From a virus (Duplodnaviria > Heunggongvirae > Uroviricota > Caudoviricetes): a stretch of DNA of 64,000 nt. Positions 9,175-17,539 of this stretch are shown one piece after another. Location: IMG/VR virus record IMGVR_UViG_3300037852_000238; one strand, given 5' to 3'. How positions within the stretch are numbered: position 1 is the first letter of the stretch; each line of letters begins with the position of its first letter. The notes beneath the pieces were generated by a model, which saw only the letters and a program-made list of their open reading frames with translations, was not told the DNA's origin and did no database searches. The position numbers and the translations under genes were made by a program.

Positions 9175-10841
9175 TGAACGACTCCCAAATTCCCGCTAAA
9201 TTTGCGGCGATCTTCGCTAACGCCGCCCCGGCCGGGAACGTCACTAGCCCGTTCCCGGTCACGGCGCAATCCGGCGGCCTGGCTTCCCTAAACACCGGCT
9301 TCACGACCGTCAACTTCACGCCGATCGCGGGCGGTGGCGTGCCGCCCTGGGGCAAGGACTTCAACGGCCTGTTGCAGCTCCTGACCGCCTGGGACCAGTG
9401 GTTCCAGGCCGGCGGCCCTATCCCGTACGACGGCGCTTTCCAGACCGCGATCGGCGGCTACCCGAAGAACGCGATCGTCGCTTCGGCCGTCACCTCGGGC
9501 CTGTGGTGGCGCTCGACGGTCGAGAACAACGCGACCAACCCGGACACCGGCGGCGCCGGCTGGGTCACCTGGCCGATCACTTATCCGCTGACCGCGCACG
9601 CTGTCGTAGTGGGCGAGGGCACCAACCCGCTGGCCGCGGTTGGCCCCGGCGCGCAGGGCGTGCCGCTGCTCGGCAACGGCGCCAGTAGTGACCCACAGTT
9701 CGCCGCGCTCAACCTGTCTGGCGGCGCGGCGGTCGTAACTGGTGACCTACCGATCGCGAACGGTGGCACCAACGCTACGTCTTTCGTCTCCGGTGGCGTG
9801 GTCTTCTACGACGGCACGCGGCTGACCCAGAATGCGCCGCTGCTGTTCTGGTCGGTCGGTTCCGGCTTCCTTGGGGTGGGCACCAACGCGCCGACCGCGA
9901 CGCTGCACGTCGCCGGAACCGCGCTGGTGACGGGGACCTTCACGGCGAATAGTACGGCTACGTTCGGTAGCTCCTTGAGCGTCGCCGGCGCCGCCGCTTT
10001 TAGCTCCACGCTTTCGGTCGGTGCGTCGGTAACGTTTAATAGCTCCTTGAGCGTCGCTGGCGCGGCCGTTTTTAGCAGTACCATCTCGGTCGCGTCGTCG
10101 GCCACCCTTAATGGTTCCTTGACGGTCGCCGGTGCGGCCAGCTTGAACTCCACTCTCAACGTCGCCGGCGCGGCGGCGTTGAATTCCACGCTAAGCGTCA
10201 CCGGCGCGACGACGCTCAGCCAGAGCCTGCTGGTCGGAAACGGTGCCACGATTACTGGCGTCGTCGGCTCAGGTTATGGGTTGGAGGTCCTCTCCGGTGG
10301 CATATTCGCCACTGGTAACGTCAACTACGTCGGCACCACGACTGGTTTCGGTCTCGGCGCGATCGGCCCGAGCCCGGTGGTCGAGTGGCAGAACGGCGTC
10401 GGCGGCAACACTTGGGTCGTTCAGCACAATAACGCCGCGTCGCTGACCTTTTCGTTCAATACCCTGGGCAAAGCGACGCTTGACCAGTTCGGTAATTTGA
10501 ACATCCAGGGCACGCTGACCCAGGCCTCGGATCGCGCGCTGAAGGACCGGATCGAACTTCTCGACCCAGTGACGGACGTGATCGCGGCGCTACGCCCGGT
10601 GCGCTGCGTCTACCGCGACGAGCCGGACCGCGAGCGCTGGTCGTTGGTGGCGCAGGAGATCCCCGCCGGCCTGGCGCACGCGGTGCGGCCGATGGAGCAG
10701 TGGCGCGTGGTGCGCGGCGAGGAGCCGGAGCGGCAGGAGGATGTGCTGGGTGTGACCTACAACGATATCGTCGTGGCGCTAGTCCGCGAGGTTCAAGACC
10801 TGCGGCGCGAGCTCGACGCGCTACGGAAAATCGCCGCATGA
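9174..10841 (+). CDS. tail fiber protein with C-terminal intramolecular chaperone (peptidase S74-like) domain
   Basis: 12-aa Ala/Ser/Thr-rich shaft repeats; C-terminus DRALKDRIELLDP…WSLVAQEI…VTYNDIVVALVREVQDLRRELDALR matches the auto-cleaving chaperone domain of fibers/endosialidases. Confidence 0.8.
   Translation: MNDSQIPAKFAAIFANAAPAGNVTSPFPVTAQSGGLASLNTGFTTVNFTPIAGGGVPPWGKDFNGLLQLLTAWDQWFQAGGPIPYDGAFQTAIGGYPKNAIVASAVTSGLWWRSTVENNATNPDTGGAGWVTWPITYPLTAHAVVVGEGTNPLAAVGPGAQGVPLLGNGASSDPQFAALNLSGGAAVVTGDLPIANGGTNATSFVSGGVVFYDGTRLTQNAPLLFWSVGSGFLGVGTNAPTATLHVAGTALVTGTFTANSTATFGSSLSVAGAAAFSSTLSVGASVTFNSSLSVAGAAVFSSTISVASSATLNGSLTVAGAASLNSTLNVAGAAALNSTLSVTGATTLSQSLLVGNGATITGVVGSGYGLEVLSGGIFATGNVNYVGTTTGFGLGAIGPSPVVEWQNGVGGNTWVVQHNNAASLTFSFNTLGKATLDQFGNLNIQGTLTQASDRALKDRIELLDPVTDVIAALRPVRCVYRDEPDRERWSLVAQEIPAGLAHAVRPMEQWRVVRGEEPERQEDVLGVTYNDIVVALVREVQDLRRELDALRKIAA
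9960..10211 (+). repeat. about seven tandem 36-bp (12-aa) coding repeats (N/S-S-T-L-S-V-A-G-A-A-x-F/L) in fiber shaft
   Basis: Direct reading of translated repeats SSLSVAGAAAF / SSTLSVGASVTF / NSSLSVAGAAVF …. Confidence 0.6.
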
Positions 10842-12322
10842 GACGCCTTCTCCTCGCCGCCGCGTTCCTTGTCCTTGCCACTGCCCCGGCCGCGGCGCAG
10901 TCCACGCCGCAGTTTACGGCGGGCGGCCAGGTCTTCGGCTTTTTCGCGCCGAGCTGGAACCAGTTCTTCGGCGCGAAGGTCGACGTGAACGGCGGCACGG
11001 CGCACAACCTGACGCTGACCGGCACGGTCAACGGTGCCAACGCGCAGCTGATCCTGCCGACGTTCTCCTCGATATCTGCGACGCAGAACCTGACGACCTT
11101 GCCGCTCGGCCTGACCGGGTGGATCATCCAGGCCGGCGCGCAGGACGGCGTCATCGCGCGCGCCGAGCTCGACTCGTTCGGCAACACGGGGGTTTTCACC
11201 TGCCGCCGGGCGGACGGGACGAACCTCAACAAGACCGTGTTGGTCAACGGCGACGAGATCTGCTCGATCAACGCCTGGGGCTATAACGGTTCGGCCAGCA
11301 ACGTGGGTTACACTTCCGGTGGCCGCATCAGTTTCTTCGCGACCGGCACGTGGTCGCTGACAAGCACGCCGCTGGAGATCCGTTTCTCGACGACGCCGGT
11401 GGGTAGCGTCACGTTGGTTGACCGTTTCCACGTCGGCCCGGACGGCGGGTTCTACGCCGACGGCGTGACCGGCGGCAGCAAGGGCGCTGGCACCGGGAAC
11501 TTCGCCGGGCTGTACATCAACAACGTCGCGCTCTCGGCGATAAGCACTCCGGTCTCGGGGGCGAACGGCGGAACCGGGATCGCGAACACCGGCTCGACGC
11601 TGAGCCTGAACGGCGCGCACAACTACGGCTTTACGGCCAGCGTCGATACCACTGTGACGCTCCCCGCCGGTTCGTCGTCGACCTTAGCGAGCCTCGCCGG
11701 CACGGAGGCGTTAACTAATAAAACCATAAACGGCCTCACGATCACGACCTCGACCGGTACGTTGACGGTTGCCAACGGTAAGGTCGCGACGATCAACAAC
11801 ACGCTGACCTTCACGGGCACCGACGGCAGCAGCGTCGCCTTCGGCGCGGGTGGGACGATCGGCGGCGTAGGCTACGCCAGCAATGGGCAAGTCCCCGGCG
11901 TTGCCTCTAACACCGCTGCAACCGCCGGCAACTTCGGGGAGATCATCAAATCGGTAGTTACTTCTGGATCGGCGGTTCCCCTAGTAAGCTCTACATCAAA
12001 GACTGTAACATCAATTACATTAACTGCCGGTGAGTGGAATATCACAGGATGTGTATATATTTTGCCCGCAGCTACAACTTCTACTACAACAGAAGCCGTT
12101 TCAATCGGAGATGCCGATAATACTTTTATTACCACTCCTGGACGATACGCCGAACTTACTACATCCGCTGTTGTAACAGGTGGGGTTGAAGACACCTATT
12201 GTGTGCCTGCATATTACCTGTCTCTTTCTGGGAATTCTACTAAATACCTGATTGCTAATGCGGCCTTCTCCGTAAGTACCGCGTCGGCATTCGGTTATAT
12301 ACAAGCTGTTAGGATACACTAA
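10838..12322 (+). CDS. second fiber-like protein with N-terminal Sec-type signal peptide and low-GC C-terminal domain
   Basis: ATGA overlap with fiber 1; MRRLLLAAAFLVLATAPAAAQ signal-like N-terminus; Gly/Thr/Asn-rich beta-helix-like repeats; last ~400 nt markedly AT-rich. Confidence 0.65.
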   Translation: MRRLLLAAAFLVLATAPAAAQSTPQFTAGGQVFGFFAPSWNQFFGAKVDVNGGTAHNLTLTGTVNGANAQLILPTFSSISATQNLTTLPLGLTGWIIQAGAQDGVIARAELDSFGNTGVFTCRRADGTNLNKTVLVNGDEICSINAWGYNGSASNVGYTSGGRISFFATGTWSLTSTPLEIRFSTTPVGSVTLVDRFHVGPDGGFYADGVTGGSKGAGTGNFAGLYINNVALSAISTPVSGANGGTGIANTGSTLSLNGAHNYGFTASVDTTVTLPAGSSSTLASLAGTEALTNKTINGLTITTSTGTLTVANGKVATINNTLTFTGTDGSSVAFGAGGTIGGVGYASNGQVPGVASNTAATAGNFGEIIKSVVTSGSAVPLVSSTSKTVTSITLTAGEWNITGCVYILPAATTSTTTEAVSIGDADNTFITTPGRYAELTTSAVVTGGVEDTYCVPAYYLSLSGNSTKYLIANAAFSVSTASAFGYIQAVRIH

Positions 12323-12324
12323 CA

Positions 12325-12771
12325 ATGGCAATCATTCCCTTGCAAAACGTGACCGCTGACTTCGTTACCGGCACTGACGCAACGAACGGGAACACACTGG
12401 TTATCTTCTGGGGGCCGATGAACGGCGGCGATGAAGGGGAACCTATCTCAGTTTATGCCTTCGACGATCCCTCATGGCAGTTTACCGGAGCGCCAGAAGG
12501 CGGGCAACTGTCGAACCCGAACGTGCCTGTCTCTCCCGACCGCACAGTGACCCTGCTAGGATCGAATGATGGCCACTGCTGGGGGAAGGTCTTTACCCTC
12601 CCCGCCGATCCGGCCGGCATGGCCGCGCGCACTGGCGATCCGCTCCGTGTAGGCTATCCCGATGGCAAGTATATCAGCATCAAGCCCGTCGTGGGCGGCG
12701 CCGTGAATTTAGTTGCTCCCGACTGCGGACTGTTGCTCTTCTGCGCTAAGTCATATGGATCAAGGAGCTAA
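12325..12771 (+). CDS. hypothetical protein (148 aa)
   Basis: ORF immediately after fiber gene. Confidence 0.4.
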   Translation: MAIIPLQNVTADFVTGTDATNGNTLVIFWGPMNGGDEGEPISVYAFDDPSWQFTGAPEGGQLSNPNVPVSPDRTVTLLGSNDGHCWGKVFTLPADPAGMAARTGDPLRVGYPDGKYISIKPVVGGAVNLVAPDCGLLLFCAKSYGSRS

Positions 12772-12772
12772 G

Positions 12773-13279
12773 ATGTTCATAAGGCTAGCGACGACCGCCG
12801 CCATCCTCGTCTTCCTCGCCTTCCCCGCCCTCGCCGACCCTGTCAAGATTTCCGTCGTGCAGGCGCAGGAGGTCGTCGCCGCGGTGAGTGACCTAGACCG
12901 CGTCGAGCGGGTCAAGAAGGTTGACGGGAAAGACGTGACCGTCCACGGCGCGGACCTCACCGTGGCGGTGCGCACGCGGCTGGCGATCGACGTGACGCGG
13001 CTCAAGCCGCTGGTTGATGCCTACGCGGAGGCGCACAACAAGCGCCTGATGGAGCTGAGCGACGGCGGCAAGCGCGAGGTCAAGCCGGATTCACCCGATG
13101 GGATCAAGCTGCAGTACGAGTCCCTGGCCCAGATGAACCGGCGGGACCCTGTCGAGCTGCTGCGCGTCACCCTGGCGGACCTCAGCATGGACGTCAACCC
13201 GATCCCACCGGAGACGCTAGCGCGATTGGCGCCGCTGATTTCCGACCTCGACTCGGTCGAGCCGCAGGCGAAGCAGTAG
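12773..13279 (+). CDS. secreted hypothetical protein (signal peptide MFIRLATTAAILVFLAFPALA)
   Basis: ATG inside listed ORF 12713..13279; hydrophobic N-terminus with AxA site. Confidence 0.45.
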   Translation: MFIRLATTAAILVFLAFPALADPVKISVVQAQEVVAAVSDLDRVERVKKVDGKDVTVHGADLTVAVRTRLAIDVTRLKPLVDAYAEAHNKRLMELSDGGKREVKPDSPDGIKLQYESLAQMNRRDPVELLRVTLADLSMDVNPIPPETLARLAPLISDLDSVEPQAKQ

Positions 13280-13280
13280 C

Positions 13281-13958
13281 GTGACCTTTCGCCCCGACGT
13301 ACTGGCCGAGTTCCTGCGCTCGCCGCTGCCGCCTTCGGCGGTGGCATTCGTGATGGATATTGCATCGGGCGAGATCAACTCGGCCCAGGGCTTCGAGACG
13401 CTGGCCGGCGGTGGCGCGATGACCGCCGCGATGTGCGGCGGCACGCTGTTCGCGCGCTACCCCGTCTGGGACGGCATCCCCGACTCGGCTGGCACCAGCC
13501 ACGGCGCCGGGGCGTTCCAGTGGGAGCGCCGTACCGCGGCGAGCATCACTGCCGGCACCGGCGTCACGACCTTCTACTCGCAGGACCAGATCAACGGCTC
13601 GTGGTGGTGGGCGAAGCTGTGCTACCACGCCGCTACCGAGCGCGACCTCGGCGCGGACCTGGCGGCCGGCTACTTCGACTCGCCGGGGCACGGCCCTGCT
13701 GGCCTCGGCAACCAGTGGGACCGTGGCAAGGTCGCAGGGCCGGGCAGCGACCGCTATGCCGGGTTCCTGGCGCAGGTTAATCAGGGACGTACGACGCCGG
13801 CTTCGCCAGCGCCGCCCGTCGTGCCGCTGACGCCGATCCAGGTCATCCTCGCCGGGGCGAACTTCAAGGACGGCGTGCGCGCGTTTCAGGCAGCGCGCGG
13901 GCTCGGGGTGGACGGCGTGATCGGCCCACACACGCTCGCGGCGCTGAACGCGGGGTGA
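13281..13958 (+). CDS. putative endolysin with C-terminal peptidoglycan-binding (PG_binding_1-like) domain
   Basis: C-terminal FKDGVRAFQAARGLGVDGVIGPHTLAALNAG motif; precedes membrane-protein genes (lysis cassette). Confidence 0.6.
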   Translation: MTFRPDVLAEFLRSPLPPSAVAFVMDIASGEINSAQGFETLAGGGAMTAAMCGGTLFARYPVWDGIPDSAGTSHGAGAFQWERRTAASITAGTGVTTFYSQDQINGSWWWAKLCYHAATERDLGADLAAGYFDSPGHGPAGLGNQWDRGKVAGPGSDRYAGFLAQVNQGRTTPASPAPPVVPLTPIQVILAGANFKDGVRAFQAARGLGVDGVIGPHTLAALNAG

Positions 13959-14233
13959 CCTGGTTCTTCCTTTCTGGCGGCGCTTTCATGGCGTTCGCTG
14001 CGGTCGTCACGCTGCTGATCGCGGCTTCGCTTATCGCGCCGTTCTTCAACGCCGAGCCCGAGCCGCCTCCGCCCGCGCCGGGGCCGCGGCTTGACACGCT
14101 GCCGCGGCGCAACTTCGTCCTTCACCCGCGGACGCCGTATCATCGGCACGTCCTGGTCGAGCGGACGCGCATCGTGCGGTATCGCGGCCAGTACTACGTC
14201 GAGGTCACCGAGTTCGACTATGAGATTGCGTAG
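13955..14233 (+). CDS. single-TM membrane protein (holin/lysis-associated candidate)
   Basis: GTGA overlap with endolysin stop; one hydrophobic helix then charged tail. Confidence 0.35.
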   Translation: MTWFFLSGGAFMAFAAVVTLLIAASLIAPFFNAEPEPPPPAPGPRLDTLPRRNFVLHPRTPYHRHVLVERTRIVRYRGQYYVEVTEFDYEIA

Positions 14234-14242
14234 GAGTCACTT

Positions 14243-14407
14243 ATGTCGCTTGGTCTAACACTCGTCATTATTCTCGTTCTCGCGCTGTTCGGTGGGTTCT
14301 TTCCCATCGGCGGCAACTACGGGTATGGATTCGGGGGAGGGGGCATCGGGGTTGTCGGCATCATCCTGATCATCCTCGTTGTGCTATTGCTCACGGGACG
14401 GTTGTAG
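14243..14407 (+). CDS. DUF3309-like small membrane protein (55 aa, two TM helices around a Gly-rich loop)
   Basis: AGGAG RBS 6 nt upstream; hand translation MSLGLTLVIILVLALFGGFFPIGGNYGYGFGGGGIGVVGIILIILVVLLLTGRL; not in ORF track (<60 aa). Confidence 0.5.
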   Translation: MSLGLTLVIILVLALFGGFFPIGGNYGYGFGGGGIGVVGIILIILVVLLLTGRL

Positions 14408-14829
14408 TGACTGGTCGCGTCTCATTACTCGCTCTGCTTTTTGTCGCCGGCTGTGCGCAGACGCCGGCGACCGCACCGCCGCAGGCGATGCCGCTGCTCC
14501 CGCTGCCGGCTCCGGCCAGGGCACCCATCGTCGAGACGCCTTCCGCGTGCCCACTCGGCCAGGTACTGCGCCGCGTTCGTGTTCGCCATGGCACTTACCA
14601 GACCGCCAGGTGCATCCCTCTCGATCGCCAGGTGCGGGGCGCGGTGCCGCTAGAGGACCCGATCAACGTCGCGTGCAAGGAGCTGGTCGTCGCGGAGCGT
14701 GGGAAGCCTCCTCTCGATAAGCCCGCGCCCGCGGTGGTGTTCTGCGACGACACCAAGCGCTACCACTCGGGCGACCCCGAGGCGGATGCGCGCTGGATAC
14801 ACGGTGAGACCAAGGCACTATCGCGGTAG
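14407..14829 (+). CDS. lipoprotein (lipobox LFVAGC); o-spanin candidate
   Basis: N-terminal signal plus Cys lipobox; inside the lysis cassette. Confidence 0.55.
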   Translation: MTGRVSLLALLFVAGCAQTPATAPPQAMPLLPLPAPARAPIVETPSACPLGQVLRRVRVRHGTYQTARCIPLDRQVRGAVPLEDPINVACKELVVAERGKPPLDKPAPAVVFCDDTKRYHSGDPEADARWIHGETKALSR

Positions 14830-14832
14830 ACG

Positions 14833-15153
14833 ATGGCCGACGCTCCGCGCATCAACGGCTCCGGCGGGTGGGCTATCCCGTTAGCCTCGCTCGTAGTAAC
14901 GGTCCTTGCGCTGATGTTTGCCATGTACGAGTCCTCCAACTCCACTTCAGCTAGCTCGGCGACGGCCTTTCAGAATCTCCAGTCCAGGGTGGCGGTCCTG
15001 GAGAATGAGATCGCCCGCTCGAACCAGGACGCCGGCCAGGATCGCTCGGAATACAGGCAGGGATTCAACGATATCTCCAAGAGATTCGAGTCCGTCCAGA
15101 CAGCAATCGCCGACTTGTATACGAAACTGGCGAGCAAGGCTGACCGCAAATGA
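14833..15153 (+). CDS. N-terminal TM plus coiled-coil protein; i-spanin-like candidate
   Basis: TM helix residues ~14-32, then heptad-like QNLQSRVAVLENEIARSNQ. Confidence 0.4.
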   Translation: MADAPRINGSGGWAIPLASLVVTVLALMFAMYESSNSTSASSATAFQNLQSRVAVLENEIARSNQDAGQDRSEYRQGFNDISKRFESVQTAIADLYTKLASKADRK

Positions 15154-15605
15154 ACTGGAATTGGCCGCTTATCATAAGCTTCGGGGCGGTGATACTTCTG
15201 CAGATCGTCTCGTATTGGTACGACCGGCGACAGTACTCGGTACTTAACAAGCAATTTCAAGAGATGGCGGATCGGGTCAGCATCATTAACGCGGGTTATA
15301 CGCCAATGTTCACGGCGTTACTCAAGGTCGTCGTCCCGGAATTGACGCATTTTCACACGCCCGAAGCCGATGATCTCCTGGCGCGGATCGCCACTCTCAA
15401 AGACGACGAGATGGATCGACTTGAAGTGCTCATGCGCGAGCGGGAGAGCGTGGTGGACCCCCAAATTTCTCCGAAAGAACGCGCGACCGCGCGAGCGCTG
15501 CCGTGGATTGCCCGGCGTGCCCGCGAGGAGGCCCAGGTCGGCCCGGACGTTCGCGTCGTCGTGCAGATGGTCTCGACTTCGTTGGAGGTGCAGGAGCCCA
15601 AGTGA
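15150..15605 (+). CDS. membrane-anchored hypothetical protein (151 aa)
   Basis: N-terminal TM helix; ATGA-coupled to preceding gene. Confidence 0.4.
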   Translation: MNWNWPLIISFGAVILLQIVSYWYDRRQYSVLNKQFQEMADRVSIINAGYTPMFTALLKVVVPELTHFHTPEADDLLARIATLKDDEMDRLEVLMRERESVVDPQISPKERATARALPWIARRAREEAQVGPDVRVVVQMVSTSLEVQEPK

Positions 15606-16081
15606 ACCGCCCAGACTCCCGAAAGATAGTCCTCCCCAACTTCGCCAAGGTTGACGCGACGCTGTGGCGCGGCGGCCGGCCGGACGAGGCCGGCGCGCGC
15701 TGGCTGGTCGCCGAGGGCGTACGCACGGTCGTCAACCTGGAGTGGGAGCAGGAGGACGACGACGTGTTCGGTTACGCGCCCGCGGTTCGCTTCGTGCGGG
15801 TCAAAGATTTTGAGCCGCTGCCCTGGTTCGCGCCGTCGGTGTCGGATCATCACGCCCGGCGGTTTCTCGCCGTCGTGCGCTCCGGTTCTACGCCGGTCTA
15901 CGTCCACTGCCGCTCGGGCGAGAACCGCACCGGCGTCATGGTCGCGGCGTACCAGCTGATCGTGAAGGGCCTGCTGCTCGACGACGTGCTAGATGAGTTT
16001 GACCGCTTCCGCGGCTTCTGGGCGTGGGGTGATTTTCGCTACATCCGCTCGCTCGACGCGCGCCGGTTGAGCTTCCGGTGA
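15602..16081 (+). CDS. protein-tyrosine / dual-specificity phosphatase family protein (CX5R active site)
   Basis: GTG start overlapping previous stop; VHCRSGENRTG = HCx5R P-loop; upstream DxxN-like acid region. Confidence 0.7.
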   Translation: MNRPDSRKIVLPNFAKVDATLWRGGRPDEAGARWLVAEGVRTVVNLEWEQEDDDVFGYAPAVRFVRVKDFEPLPWFAPSVSDHHARRFLAVVRSGSTPVYVHCRSGENRTGVMVAAYQLIVKGLLLDDVLDEFDRFRGFWAWGDFRYIRSLDARRLSFR

Positions 16082-16254
16082 CCCGCCGACCCCGCTACTT
16101 CACGCGCGCCCTCGGCGCCGTGGCGTTGCTATTGGCCGTGGGGAACGGCATCCAGAAGTGCTCGGCCGATTTGGTGGCCGACGCCGACGCCGCGACGGCG
16201 GAGTACTGGCGGCTCTGGGTCGTCGGCGACGTGGCTAAGTGCCCGCGGCCCTAG
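16078..16254 (+). CDS. small hypothetical membrane/secreted protein (58 aa)
   Basis: GTGA overlap with phosphatase stop; hydrophobic core ALGAVALLLAVG. Confidence 0.25.
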   Translation: MTRRPRYFTRALGAVALLLAVGNGIQKCSADLVADADAATAEYWRLWVVGDVAKCPRP

Positions 16255-16466
16255 AGCGACAGCGCCGCGAACGCCGCGCGCAGCTCGGCCAGCCGCGCGC
16301 GGATGAGGTCGCGCAGCTCGGCCGCGACGCCGGCCGGCACCGGCGCGGTCCCGGCGCACCAGCGGCGCACCGCGCGTGCGTCGACGCCGAGCGCCGCCGC
16401 GAGCTGCGGGCGGAACTCGGCGCCGAAGAGCGCGGTGCCGGTCTGGGTTAGGAGGGCGGGGGTCAC
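16251..16466 (-). CDS. small HTH-like protein
   Basis: C-terminal part of listed ORF; AALGVDARAVRRWCAG helix-turn-helix-like; probable GTG start near 16464. Confidence 0.4.
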   Translation of the reverse strand: MTPALLTQTGTALFGAEFRPQLAAALGVDARAVRRWCAGTAPVPAGVAAELRDLIRARLAELRAAFAALSL

Positions 16467-17125
16467 AGCGCTACCACCCGGTTGACGATCGTTTGCCGTT
16501 CGCCGCGGTAATCCGAGTGGTCCTTTACCGTCGCCTTGATCGTCAGCTTCGAGCCTTCCTTGCGGTAGAAGCTCGCCGACTTCGAGACCAGCAAGTTGCC
16601 CGTCGCGTCGCGCATATTGACGATGTAGACGGTCTCGTAGCCGTCGCCGTTGAACTGAATTCGGCCGAACGAGTGGACGCGTTCGACCTCGACCTCCGCT
16701 GTGATGCGGTTCCTGACGGCGCCGACGTAGTCGGACGCCGCACGCTTGGCGGCGCGCTCCGCATCCGTCATGATGCGGTTGCGGACCGCATTTAGCTGGG
16801 CGTCGCTTAGGGCCGCTTCGCGCGCGGCGCGGCGTAGTAGGCTCGCGGCGAACTCGTTGTCCTCGGGCTGAGCGCGGAGCCACGCTAATACGTCGCCGTT
16901 CGCGACCTCAAACGCCTCGCGACGAACCGCCGCTTCAGCGGCAATCTCGGCAGCCTTTACCGCGACGACCGCCAGCTTCTTCGCGTTGCGCTTTTCGGCC
17001 GCGGCGTTCAGCTTCGCCAGCTTCTCCGCCGTGTGGAGCCGCTCCGAGGCGGCGCTGCCGAGGCCGGAGCCGGCGCAGTCGTAGCAGGTATAGCCGGTGT
17101 GGCGCCACTGCTCGCCGCCGCCCAA
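16463..17125 (-). CDS. hypothetical protein (220 aa) with N-terminal CxxC pair
   Basis: Long ORF with protein-like composition opposite the late operon. Confidence 0.5.
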   Translation of the reverse strand: MGGGEQWRHTGYTCYDCAGSGLGSAASERLHTAEKLAKLNAAAEKRNAKKLAVVAVKAAEIAAEAAVRREAFEVANGDVLAWLRAQPEDNEFAASLLRRAAREAALSDAQLNAVRNRIMTDAERAAKRAASDYVGAVRNRITAEVEVERVHSFGRIQFNGDGYETVYIVNMRDATGNLLVSKSASFYRKEGSKLTIKATVKDHSDYRGERQTIVNRVVAL

Positions 17126-17227
17126 GCCACCGCACCGACGACACTTGGCCGTATAGACGTAGAACGGAACGCCTTTCGCGTCTTCGTGATTCGGGTTGCG
17201 GACCTTACTGTGGCGGTTGAAAAGGGC

Positions 17228-17262
17228 GGTCGTTCTTATGCCCTCCGGTCATAAGAACGACC
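17228..17262 (-). terminator. 13-bp perfect stem hairpin (GGTCGTTCTTATG / CATAAGAACGACC, 9-nt loop), weak T-run on minus strand
   Basis: Seen directly; overlaps stop of gene 17236..17442; followed on minus strand by GCCCTTTTC. Confidence 0.3.
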
Positions 17263-17442
17263 AACTTCGGCGATTTCCGTTACACCATCCACCGGCGGAT
17301 AGCGCCGCGCGATGGCGACGTACTCGGCGTCACCAAGCCCGGTGTCGTCTCCGAGGTTCAGGTAGCTGTAAACGTAGCGGCACTCCTCGTCCGGGTCGAC
17401 GGCTAGGAAATAGACGGTTATCGTGGCGATTTCGTGCGTCAT
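17236..17442 (-). CDS. hypothetical protein (68 aa)
   Basis: ATG with GGAGGG RBS; first gene downstream of motif copy 1. Confidence 0.45.
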   Translation of the reverse strand: MTHEIATITVYFLAVDPDEECRYVYSYLNLGDDTGLGDAEYVAIARRYPPVDGVTEIAEVGRSYDRRA

Positions 17443-17491
17443 CTCGGTCCCTCCAAGGGCGGGTCGGCCCAGCGCCAACCCCAACGATCAC

Positions 17492-17525
17492 TAACTTACG
17501 CGCTTTACTCAGCGGAGTAAATAGC
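17492..17525 (-). promoter_or_regulatory. copy 1 of 34-nt two-box motif TAACTTACGCGC-N13-GTAAATAGC
   Basis: Five same-orientation, same-spacing copies in the window, all 5' of minus-strand genes; on minus strand reads TTTACT-N17-TAAGTT. Confidence 0.55.
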
Positions 17526-17539
17526 AAAAAGGAGCCAAC

